Source: Azolla caroliniana
Lineage: Eukaryota; Plantae; Polypodiophyta
NCBI GenBank assembly: GCA_043228905.1
Contig: JBHGNT010000013.1
Span: 10,168,001-10,232,000 of the forward strand
Length of the DNA: 64,000 nt
Direction of reading: 5' to 3'
Numbering within the stretch: position 1 is the stretch's first letter; each line of letters starts with the position of its first letter. The notes under the pieces were generated by a model. The model searched no databases. It saw only the letters and a program-made list of their open reading frames with translations, and was not told the origin of the DNA. The translations under genes were made by a program, and so were the position numbers. Below, one piece after another: positions 21,801 through 33,435 of this stretch.

Positions 21801-24602
21801 TACCAGCACCAAATTCATCTAAGTACTGACGCGAAACCCATCGCTCAACGCCGGTACCGGATGAATCCAAACTATGCGGCAAAGGTGAAGGAGGAAATTG
21901 ACAAGCTTCTCCGGGTCGGATTTATCCGACCAGTCAAGCAGGCAACCTGGCTGAGCCCGATAGTGGTGGTCCCGAAAAAGAACGGCAAAATCCGGGTATG
22001 TGTGGACTACAGGAAACTAAATGCCGCGACAGTGACCGACACTTTTCCACTACCATTCACGGACGGAGTGCTAGATGCGGTGGCCGGCCACGAAGTTTAC
22101 AGCTTCCTGGATGGATTCAGCGGTTACAACCAAATCCGAATGAACCCGGCCAATCAAGAGAAAACAGCGTTCGTGACGGAATGGGGAGTGTTCGTCGCGG
22201 TCGTGATGATGTTCGGATTAAAGACAGCCCCTGCAACATTTCAAAGGATAATTATGGAAATCTTCGGGGATTTTATTCCCGGTTTTATGCAGGTCTTCCT
22301 AGACGATTTCGCCGTCTACAGCCGACACGGAGAGCATCTCGACCACCTACGACTATGCTTAGAAAAGTGCCGCGAGTACCGATTAAGTCTGAACCCGGCT
22401 AAGTGCGTCTTTGGAGTCGCAAGCGGCAACTTGTTAGGGCACGTGGTGAGTCGGGAAGGAATCGCGGTAGATCCGGATAAAGTAAAGGCAATTCTCGACG
22501 CACCGGCACCGAATAACGCAAAGGCTTTAAGCCGATTCCTTGCTCAAATAAGGTGGCATAGTCGGATGATACGGCACCTTGCCGACTTTGCTACACCATT
22601 GCACGCTGCTGTACATAGAGTACCTTTCCAATGGACAGAAACGGAGGAGAAAGCCTACCAAGCGTTGAAGGTCATGCTGTCACAAGCTCCGGTGGTGCAG
22701 CCGCCGGACTGGAGTAAAAGCTTTCACGTCTTCGTCGACGCGTCGGACGTAGCAATCGGCAGCGTTTTGATGCAACTCACGGAACTGAAATGGTATCGGC
22801 CGGTGTACTACGCAAGCAGGAAACTCTCGAAAGCCGAACGGAACTACTCTACAACGGAACGAGAGGCATTAGGAATGGTGTACAGTGTCACAAAGTACAG
22901 GCACTATCTGCTCGGACGAAAGTTCTCCTTCCACGTTGACCACTCGGCACTACTCTACCTGGTCTCAAAGACAGCCCTGACAGGAAAACTCGCACGATGG
23001 ACGCTACTATTATAGGAATTCGAATTCGACATTTTCCACCGACCCGGGGTGCAGCATGCGGTAGCAGACTACCTGAGCAGACTAGAATCCGGAGAATCAG
23101 GGGACGGCGTACAGGACGAATTTCCCGACGCCGAGCTGTTTAGGGTCACGACGGCACCGGCAACAGAGGCCACAGTAGCGGACGAAGACAAATGGTTAAC
23201 CAAAATGCATCAGTTCCTGAGCACCGGAGTTCCCCCGGAAAACCTGGACCGAGACGAACGGAAAAGGATGGCAGTACGGAGCAGACATTTCTGCTTGGTA
23301 GGAGACACCCTCTATCACAAGGGGGCAGATGGCGTATGGAGGCGAGCAGTGCGGAGCGATGAAAAGGATCTGATCCTGAGGGAAGCCCACTGTGGAATTG
23401 CAGGCGGGCATTATGCCGGCGAAACAACAGCCCGGAAGATATGGCAGAGCGGACTATGGTGGCCGACTACCATGAGAGATGCCGTTAAGTATAGCAGGGA
23501 ATGCGACCTGTGTCAACGACTGGGCCAACCCACGGAGCAGGCCCGGATGCCACATCACCCGGTCTTGCCATTAGAACCATTCCAAAAGTGGGGCTTGGAC
23601 TTTGTCGGTCCCTTCAAGCCACCGGCAATCCGGACCGGAAATCGGTATATAATAGTGGCTACCGACTACTGCACGAAATGGGTAGAAGCAAAGGCATTAC
23701 GAGACAACACGGCGGCGTCCACGGCCAAATTTTTATACGAATGCATATGGTGTCGGTACGGATGCCCGATTGAGCTGATCAGTGACCAGGGAGGACATTT
23801 CCTCGGGCAGGTGGTGGAAAGTTTGACATCATTCTATGCGGTAGTACACAAACGAAGCACTCCCTACTACCCTCAAGCCAACGGATTAGCGGAATCAACG
23901 AACAAAACGCTACAGAACATCCTTAGAAAAATCGTCAATGAGAACCGGACCGACTGGGACACGAAGTTGCAGAGCGTGTTGTGGGCGTACCGAACGGCGT
24001 ACAAGACTAGCATCCGGACGACCCCGTTCCGACTGGCATTCGGCTTGGAAGCAGTCATGCCAGTAGAATTCCAAATTCCTAGCTTAAGAATACAGGTTAA
24101 GGAGCGGTTAAGCGAGAAGGAATCCGAACGAATCCGGCTGGCGATGCTGTTGGAACTGGAAGAAAATCGAATAGCCAGCCTGCTACAGCTAGAACTAGAG
24201 CAAAGGAGGAGGAAAGCCTTCGTAGACCGACACCGGCGGGGTAACGAAAAGGAATTCGAAGTCGGGAAACCAGTATTGTTGTTCCAGACACGGATGGGGA
24301 ACATGCCGGGGAAATTGCGATTTCGATGGACCGGACCATTCTGGATCACAAAGGAGTACAATGGGTCTTACCAGCTCGGGACGTTGTCAGGAGAAGTTGT
24401 GGGCAAATGGGCAAATGGGTTTCGCCTAAAACCGTATAAGGGGCACATGCCAGCTAACCCCTTCAAGCAAGACCCGGACATCCTGAATGGCGAGGAACCG
24501 ACACAGATCCGGAGAACCGAGGAGCCGACACCGAGACGGAACAACGAGGAACCGACAACAGTACACACCGACCCGAACACATCGGGGGGAACCGAACAAT
24601 GA
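18831..24602 (+). pseudogene. gag-pol polyprotein with a single nonsense mutation (TAG 23013-23015)
   Basis: ORFs 18831-23015 and 23049-24602 share a frame. The stop falls in the conserved WTLLL[Q]EFEF motif (CAG>TAG). Three CCHC knuckles, PR IIDGGSG, RT, RH, and INT with HHCC, DDE and WTGPF. Confidence 0.92.
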
Positions 24603-24940
24603 TGCGGCACATGGGTGAAAAAAAATAAAAATAAAAAAATAAAAAAAATAAAAAAAATCAAGTCAAGTAATAAAAGCAAATCATAATTAAGAAAAGCAAT
24701 AAAAGAGAGGATCAAGAAAATCAAGGTAATGATGAAGGAAGTAGTTACAACCGTCACACGGGTGCACGAGCTATTTAAAGCACAGAACGTGGGGGGCCGA
24801 TGTACAAGATTTAACATGCGCGGCAATCAAGGAGTCATAATGACAGACACGTAGGAGATTCGACACACGCGGCAAAGAAGCGCAAGCATGACACGCGGCA
24901 GCAAAGGACAGACATGCTATTCATGACAGAGCATGCGCAG

Positions 24941-25079
24941 GCGCCAAAAATAGGACATGCTATTCGAGGCAGAGGACGTGCAGGCGCCAAAATTAAAGAG
25001 TGACATGCTAATTATGGCAGAAGATACGCACGCGCGAAAAACAGGAAAAGGCGGCTCGAGGGAAACGCCACTATATAAA
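24941..25079 (+). promoter_or_regulatory. Putative internal promoter of the extra ORF (three E2F-like sites plus TATA)
   Basis: GCGCCAAA at 24941 and 24984, GCGCGAAA at 25032 (reverse of TTTSSCGC), TATATAAA at 25072-25079, ATG at 25215. Confidence 0.45.
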
Positions 25080-25214
25080 GGAAAAACCGGAGAAGGGTTC
25101 ACTTTTTACGAATTTTCCCACAAGCAAACGCAGGCTCAAGACAGCGAGATCCGACGCGCAGAACACCCACACCCCGACCTCAGACCACAGGCAGCAGCAG
25201 AGGAAGAAGAAGCG

Positions 25215-27692
25215 ATGGCACTGTCGGAAGAAGCGCGACAATGGCTGATGGAGAACGGATTAGGAGGGCTGCTGCGGGTCGCCGACGCTCCGCCACACAA
25301 GGAACCAGAGCAGGCGGCAACAGCAGTGGACCTGGCAGAGGTCACCGAAGGAGCGGTACAAGCGCTCACCGGGATTGCGGAGGGCGGACTTCAGACAATA
25401 GAGCTACCCTCGAGCCAAATATTCTTCGAGTATTTCGGCGAATATTCCCTCAGCAGCAAGGCGTATCGCACACAGGGCGGAGAGAACCTGCTGTTCGGAG
25501 AGGTGGCCCGCGCCCTGATGGAGTATGGGTTCGTGAACCCTCGTCCGCCAGCCATAGCCAAATACCGAGCAGCGATCGTCATCGCGACATTCGAAGGCCT
25601 GCAGGTGGACTGGCTCCACTTCATTACCGAAGGACTGAAAGAGGCGATCAAGCACTTGGTGGAAGGGAAGAAGCAATGGGCCGGAATATCCCAATGGTTA
25701 ACCGTGTTGGTCCCACCGGCGTCCCCCATCAAGCACAAGAAAAGAAGTCGGCAGGAGATTACGCCGAAGCAAACTATGAAGCGCCGACGAATCCTAGAGA
25801 AACACACTCCAGGATGGACACAGGATGAAGGTCCGTCTGCACCAAAGACGGCAGTACCGGAACCGACGGCGGCGGAGTTCGAAGAACAAAGAAAGGAACA
25901 AGCGCCGGAGCAAGAGAAGAGGCCGGAGAAACAGCCGGAAAAACAGCCGAAGCTAGGTACGCCTGCTCACACCGACGAAGGCAGAACAAAGGCACAATGG
26001 CTAAGGTGGTTGTCAGGGCAGTTGTCGGGAGTGGCAGACCAGATGGAGAAAGAGGAGGAGCAAAGGGAACAAGTGACCAGGATGACGACTAAGGATATGG
26101 TCATGCTCTGGGCACACTTACATGAGCTGCAAGAAGAGCTAGCACAGGCAAAAGAAGGCAGCCGACAAGCACAAGATGGCACCGAGCCGGTCGGGACATC
26201 AGAAAAGCAAGCCGAACCAGAAACGGAGAAGGCCTTGCAAACCGGCCCTGAGACCGAGAAGTTAATAGCAACTTTGAAAGAAGAATTACAGGCTCAGGAG
26301 GCATTGAGAGATAACGAAAGGGAATAGCGGAAGTTGGTAGAAGAGGACAGACGGCGAATGGAGGAAAGCCTTCGCCGAAGCGAAGCCACCAATGACCGAC
26401 TACAAGAAGAAAACGGGAAGCTGCAAAAGGAAAAAGATAGGCTGCGCCGACGAATGGAGCAGGAAATCGAGCGGTTGCGAGAGGAACTCCGACAACAAAA
26501 GGACCGGGATGATCGGTTGCGAGATCAGGCGAACCGACGCCTAAAACAGAAGACGGAGGAATTCGACCGACTATTTAAGGATTATAAACAGGCCACGTCG
26601 GACATCAAGAATCAGGCAGCAACGTACGACCGACAGATAGAGAAGCTGAAAGAGCAGCTCAAGGAACACCGCTTGGAATTGTCCAAAGCAAGGGAGGAAG
26701 TATCGGCGGAGAAGACCTTGACGTCGGAACAAAGAAAGGAGATGGAAGTACTTCGGCAGGAAGTAGGGGAGCTGACAAAGAGCAGGAACGAGGAAAAAGT
26801 GAAGTCGACTTTCGAAATTAACAAATGGCGGAGTACCTGTGACAAGCAAAAAGCCGACTATGAAGCTCAAGCTCAGTTAATGGCCGACATCATCAAACGG
26901 ATAAGGAAGGAAAAACAAGCAGCTTCGGAACAGGCTAAAGCAGGGGTTGGCCGAATTAAGTTCATCATGTCAAGTTGGAGTACCCGAGCTCGGGCCAGCA
27001 TAAATGAAAGCACGGAGAAGCTCTGGAGGGAATGGGCACAACAGGCAGCTGAACTGCAGACACTCCGAGCTGATGCAGAAAATCGGAAGAAAACCGGAGA
27101 TGGGTTCTATAAAATGGACGAAGAAAGTATCGTCAACATCCGGGAAGAACTGTCGGAGGATTTCTATGCTCTAGCAGAAGAGCATCTCAAGGAAATCCGA
27201 GGGTTAGTAGAGAGGTTGGATGACGGGCAGCTCGAAACCCAACTAGAATTGGAAGGGTACGAGAAGGACCGATTGCGACAGGAAGCCGAGGGACACACAA
27301 CGCCGATCTCCATCAGTGAGGGCGAGCGACCGGCTGAAGAGGACCCAACCGACAACGCACCCCGACAAGAATTACCCGAGGAAGAACTTCCGGAGCAAGA
27401 ACAGGTTGACGCCGGGGATGATGCAGAGTGGAGACAGGGAAGTACCGAATCCGGGGAGGAAAGGACACAACTAGTGGAAACCGGAGAGAGCGATACCGGG
27501 AACGGAACGGAGGTAGAGCAGGACAGACCCGGACAGGATACAAAAGAAACACCGGTACCACCGGTACAAGCAGAGTCGGAGCAGCACGATGCGAAAAGGC
27601 AGCCAATCCAATCGGAAGTCGGAGACGGCACAGGCAAGACAACACTTGAAACCTCTGAGCGGAGTTTGCTGGATATTTTGGAGGAAGACTGA
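25215..27692 (+). pseudogene. Extra 3' ORF (~825 codons: globular N-terminus, long coiled coil, acidic tail) with one in-frame TAG at 26325-26327
   Basis: ORFs 24957-26327 and 26334-27692 share a frame. E/K/R/Q heptad-rich middle. No obvious signal peptide or TM helix. Confidence 0.75.
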
Positions 27693-27699
27693 AGCCGGC

Positions 27700-27740
27700 T
27701 GTGGGTTCGAAGTGCAACGCACTTTCCCACGGGCGTGCCA
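27700..27740 (+). other. tRNA-Arg-like T-arm/acceptor 3' end ending in CCA, in place of a PPT
   Basis: tgtgggttcga-agtgcaacgcactt-tcccacgggcgtgcca, ending 2 nt before the 3' LTR TG (27743). No purine tract adjacent to the LTR. Confidence 0.75.
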
Positions 27741-30700
27741 TGTGTTGGCCGGTCAGAAGAAGGCAAATGGGAAAGCAAAGATGAATCGGAGTCGAAGCGG
27801 ATAAATAGATAAATAGAATTATTAGGAGGGACGGATCCGGTAGTTGTAACCGATCCGGATCCGAACCGATTCGGTTTCGGTTAACGGTTGCCTAAGAGCA
27901 CCGATTGTAATCTGGCCGGATGCCTATAAAAGGATCCGATGTTTTGTAATGAAGTAACGAAGAATTAATATAGTCTTGCTTATGCTTATTGATCTTATCT
28001 TCGTTTGTGCTTAAGTGTAATTATCATACGCGTGTATTAACATCCTACCTCTACCACCCCTTTGGAGAAGTGTCAGATAGACACCTGTGTTGCGGCTAGT
28101 CCAGCCATACATACAACAAGGACAAGGTATTGAAGCTAGCGACGGAAGAGACGAGAGTCGAGAATTTGGTCGACCTCATATTCTTCTCCGGTTGAGAGTT
28201 GGATTGGTGGTGGAGGAGATGGGTGTCGACCGGGGATTTCAGATATATGGCAAGGTTCTAGAAGGGAGACATGGAATACATTATGAATACGAAAGTGGGA
28301 TGGTAGCTCTAAGCGGACAGCCATGGAACCAATTTTCTCAATGATTCGGAAAGGGCCTAACTTCTTGTAATCAAGCTTCGAACAAGGGCAACTGGTGGCA
28401 ATATTGCGACGGAGAAGCCAAACAAAGTCTCCTACCTCGAACCGGGGAGCATCTAAGCGATGATGGTCAACTTGCTCCTTGTAGCGTTCACCAGCAAGGG
28501 TGAGCTCCAAGGAAAGATTGTGATGTACATCCTCCAAGAGACGTGCCTGGTCCTCCACAGAAGGATTGATAGCGTCAGAGGGAAACGAAATGTTGAAGCG
28601 GGGATGGAGACCGTCGTTGGCGAAAAATGGAGTAATTCCCGTAGATGCATGCAGAGAGTTGTTGTAGGCAAACTCGGCAAGTGAGAGAAGGTCAACCTAG
28701 TTGTCTTGTTGGTAGCTAAGAGAGCACCCCAATTATTGTTCCAAGATTTGGTTAACCCGCTCTGTTTGTCCATCGGTTTGCGGATGATAAACGGAAGATA
28801 GATTCATAGTACAACTGAAGGTTTGCAAAAGGCGCCACCAGAAATTGGAAACAAATTGTGGTTCTAGATAAGAAGTGATATCATTTGGGAGTCCATGTAG
28901 TCGAACCACATTTTTGAAAAACAAATCGGTTGTCTCCTCTCCGGTAATGGGTTTGGCACATGGAGCAAAATGAGTCATCTTGGTGAAGCGATCGACCATG
29001 AAGAATACCGAGTCATAACCACCAACAAAGGGAAGGTCAATGATGAAATCCATGGAAAGAGAGGCCCAAGGCCGTTTGGGGATTGGGAGAGGGCGAAGGA
29101 GACCATATCGTCGATGATGAGATGCTTTAGAGTGAGCACAAACATCACATGACTTAACGAACTCTTTGACCAACAGTATCCCCGAGATATCAACTCCAAG
29201 GTTTTCACAATGCCAAAATGACCAACAAGTGGATCATCGTGACACTCCTGAAGCACCCTTGTCCGACAAGGACCTTCTGGGACATACAAAAGATTATCTC
29301 GAAACAAAAGATTATCTTGAATTGTAAAACGAGCTAAATCAGGTCTTCTAGGTTCATGGGAGGGGTTTGTGATACTTGCCTTGACCTCTATGGCGAACTT
29401 GTCAGTTTTTAGTGGCTTCTGCTATTTTCTTGAGCAAGAGTCATCCCGGAGCAAGCAAGTCGCGAAGTTGTAGAATTGGTTAGGCTTTAACAAACTCTGG
29501 GATTGCTAAACATAGGCTTCATCCTCCAGAGTGAGCTCGAACTCAGACGGACGGGATAAGACATTGGTCGTTGTGTGTTGAGGGCCAGGTTGAAAGATTA
29601 TCTCAAAATCATAGTCTGCCAAGAAGGTCGACCATCGCGCCTGTCTACGATTTAAGGTTCATGTGGTAGAAAAGTATATTAGATTTTTGTGATCGGTAAT
29701 CACTTGGATACGGTGTTGCGCCCTGGCTAAATAGGATCTCCATTCTTCAAAAGTAGCAATAATAGTGAGAAGCTCCTTGTTGTATATGGGGTAGTTGATT
29801 TCTGGGGTCGTGAATTTGCGGGAGTAGTAAGCCACTAGGTGAAGCACACCGACCTCATCTGGCTAGGAGAGGATCGCCCCAATGGCGAAATCGGAAGCAT
29901 CCATTTTGACTTGGAAAGGCTTAGTTGGGTCAGGATGTAAAAGGACTGGTGCCATGGTAAAGACTTGTTTCAGCAAGTCAAATGCCTTTGGGCAACTATT
30001 GTCCATTCAAAAGTAGCATCCTTGCGGGTAAGAGCAATGAGAGGTTGTGCGATCACTGAGAATCCTTTGATGAAGCAACAATAAAAATTGGCAAAACCAA
30101 GGAATGATTGCACATCTTGTACCCGAGTTGGGACAGCCCACTCTTGGATAGTCTTGACTTTCCGTGTGTCCATTGTGATTCCCTGTGTCGAAATGACATC
30201 CCCAAGAAACTCTACAGAAGTATGATCAAATTCACATTTTTCACTTTTAGCGTAGAGTCTGTGCTCGCGAAGTTTGGCGAGGACTAACCTCACATGTCGA
30301 GTATGCTCCTTGATGTTCGAAGAGAAGAGCAAGATATCATCTAGATAGATCACAATAAAGTGATCTAGATATTCTCGGAATATGTCATTCATCATATGTT
30401 GAAATACTGTAGGAGCATTAGTGAGGCTGAAAGGCATTACCTTATACTCGAAATGTCCGTAGCACATTCTAAAGGTGATTTTCCATTCATCTCCAGGTTT
30501 GATCAATACCAAATTGTATGCTCCCAGTAGGTCAATCTTAGAGAAGATCTTCCCAATCCGGAGTCGATCCAACAGCTCTGGGATGAGAGGCAGTGGGTAG
30601 CGGTTGCGAACAATAATCTTGTTTAGACCCCGATAGTCGATGCAGAGGCGTAAGGATGCATCTTTCTTTTTCACGAACAAAATAGGAGCTCCTGTTGGTG

Positions 30701-33082
30701 ATTTTGAGGGTTGAATAAAACCCTTTTCAAGGTTCTCGTCAAGATACGTTCGGAGTGCCTGAAGTTCTGGTTCCGACAACCCAGAAATTGGGCCAAAGGG
30801 AGGACTGGCACCTTCTTGCAAATTGATCGGACAATCGTAGCGTCGATGCTCAAGCAAGTGATCAGCATTCTTTTTTCAAATACTTCCTTGAAGTCTTCAT
30901 ACTTGGATGATAGTGAGTCAGTAGTTGTCCTGATTGGATTGCTCGACGAGGCACTATGCACTATTTTCCTTGTTGTGGCTGGGATGTGAGCATCCACCTT
31001 GGAGCTTATTCCTACATTAATGGGAGGGTGAGCGCCTGCATCAACATGAGATATTGCTTGCACCTCCGAGCTGGTTTGGGAGAAAGTAATCGAGTGATTG
31101 CGCCAATCAACAAGTGGATTCTATACCTTCAGCCAAGACAAACCGAGGATGACCGGATGTCGCGGTGAAGTGATAACATAAAACATTAAGGCCACTTGGT
31201 GGTCCCAGAGTTGTAAGATAAGTGGGATAGTGGCTTCGGTGACTACTCCCGAAGAAAGCATGCGCCCATCGATAGCTTCCACTAGGATTGGCTTGGACAA
31301 TCGGACAACCAGGAATTTGTGTTTACGAATGAACCTTTCGTCCATAAAACACGTTGTTGCCCTAGAATCTAGAAGTGCTAAGGATCTAATTGAAATCGAC
31401 TTGAAATGGATGCTTACCGGAAAGGAGAAATCTTTTGTCGATGTAGTCGAACTATGGGAGCGACACGAATGCGGATTGCCCAACAACAAGGCTCCTACTA
31501 TAGTTGGACACCGTCTTTGTCCTATTGTTGGGGTCTTCTTGTCGTATTAATTGTAGATATTAGTGGTTGATTATTCTTGGTTGGGCAAAAACGAATGAGA
31601 TGGGTGGATGCACCACAATATAAACATAGTCCGTTTGTTCGGCGATACCTTCGCTCAAACAACCAATTGTCACAACTAATTGCTTGCATGATGGCTTGCG
31701 ACAATGATGTAGGCTCCGGAAAGTTGAGTAGTAAATTTTTAATCTCGCTTCGACAGCCCCGACCAAAATGGTCGCAAAGAGCTTGACCATCCCACTGAAC
31801 ATCACATGCTAATTGTCTAAATGCAGAGGCATAAACAGATACCGGACGCATACCTTGATGTAATGAATAGAGTTTAGTGATGGCAGTTGGATGTCTGTCA
31901 GTATCCCCAAATGTTTCCTCAAACTTTGCCAGAAAGGCAGGAAAATTTTGTAGAAGTGGTGATGAAGTTTTGACCAATGGTGCAAACCAAGCTTGTGCAG
32001 TTCCGGACAGAAGGGTCCCAATGAGACCAACTTGATGAAAATCATCCGCATACCGTTGAGACTGTAGTTGGATAATAAGCTTGATCTGATTTATGAACCC
32101 TCGGAAGTGCTTCCTCGTGCAATCGAACTTGTCAAGTAAATTAATATTGGGCTCCATACTTGTAGTGGGATGGGAAGGAGTTGGAGAAAGCCTAGACAAG
32201 GAACCAGGCTCTATAGGTAGAACATTTGTTGATGTAGGAGGAGAGTTGTTTTTCTCTTTGAGTTCCATCTATGTTCCAACTTGAAGCTTCCGTAACAATT
32301 CCCGAAGGTTGTCATTCTCAAGTTGAAGTTGATGCATGGCTTCCATGACGTTATTTATTCTATCGGTAAGATCCGACATGTTGAGGCTTAGAAAATGGGA
32401 ATGTGAACAAACTGTCACGAACGGGTGGAATGAGGCTAAGTACTAAGGGAGAGCGAGAGCATAAGCAAGATCGCAAGAATGTCAAGGACAAGTAGACGAG
32501 GCTCAATATTAAGAGATAGCGGTAGAGAGAGCATAGACAAGAGAACAAGAAAGAGAGAGGATAGACAAATAAAAAAGAACTTTATATGCTTTCGTAACTG
32601 GTGTTTTTCACCTTGATTGTAATCAATGTGCACCCCAATATTTATACAAGAATGTGGAGATATGCATGAAAGCTAGAAGATTTGTAGAGAGTGCAAGAAG
32701 ATGCATTCTCTAGAAGGTTCTTGAAAGTTCTAGTGATCAATCTATACTGAAATAAGTTGAGTCTTCACAATACAATAATGCATAGATGGATGTAGCTCAA
32801 TAACTAAGGTTGCCCAATAAGAGCAGAGAAGGTCATGGGTTCAACCCCCACCATTTCATGTGACATCTTGTCTATGACAAGTAGCGGTAGAGTTCAGGAA
32901 ACTTGCCAAGAACCCTAAGTGGTTATCCTCTAAGTTTTAGAGAGTGTTGTAGCCGTTTTCTGTATTCTCTATTTGTATAGTGGATCTCTGTTCCGTGGTT
33001 TTCCCTATTTAGGGTTTCCACGTAAAACTGTCTGATTTACGATCCCATCCCTTCATACTTTCCCTATTCGAAGATGGATAAG

Positions 33083-33380
33083 TGTCATGATATGGCAAGA
33101 TTGGAACCCATGACCTTATATTACATGGGTCAAGCTCTTGACCATTAGACTATATGTTGTAATACGAAGAATATTATTTTCATTTAAGTTTTACTATAGA
33201 AAATTGATGTATATTCCAAATTTCTTTGGAACATTCTAGAAACTTCAGGAGTACTCCTGAGAACACTATAAAAGGAGGCACAAGGCATTATTTCGAACCA
33301 AATCGGTTCAACGCCAGTCTTAAGCCTCCTAGCTACTATTGTATATTCTCTTAATATAATATATATATCTTTTGTTATCA

Positions 33381-33435
<55 letters not shown>

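Larger units (their letters stand above)
18403..28118 (+). mobile_element. Young non-chromovirus Ty3/gypsy (Athila-like) LTR retrotransposon with an extra 3' ORF
   Basis: 376-bp LTRs at 18403-18778 and 27743-28118 (TG..CA, about 5 transition differences by eye). TSD AGGAC. Order gag-PR-RT-RH-INT; RT QVFLDDFAVYS; no chromodomain and no second RNase H seen. Confidence 0.93.
17820..32879 (-). mobile_element. Degenerate Ty3/gypsy chromovirus (Tcn1-like), interrupted by the element at 18403-28118
   Basis: LTRs 17820-18253 and 32413-32879 (TGTCA...TGACA). PPT at 18254-18267. Fragments of gag (31522-32268), PR LLDSRAT, RT YLDD (29970-30857), RH and INT (28733-29173). Chromodomain EEYEVDQILDSR..QYLV|LWKGYP..ATWEP is split by the insertion. 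TSD imperfect (tgtgg/agtag). Confidence 0.88.

Noticed and set aside
23013-23015. Programmed stop-codon readthrough between RH and INT (and at 26325)
   Set aside because: The TAG replaces the conserved Gln of LLLQEF, so a single C>T mutation is the simpler explanation.
24957-25214. N-terminal extension of the extra ORF from ATG 24957
   Set aside because: The region contains the TATA and E2F-like motifs and reads like promoter/leader sequence. ATG 25215 is preferred but unproven.
27680-27688. GGAGGAAGA as the PPT of the Athila-like element
   Set aside because: It is short, lies inside the ORF's last codons and sits ~55 nt from the LTR. Plus-strand priming must occur at the LTR edge.
18856-27778. 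Long antisense ORFs over gag-pol and the extra ORF
   Set aside because: Shadow frames of GC-rich coding sequence, with no recognisable motifs.
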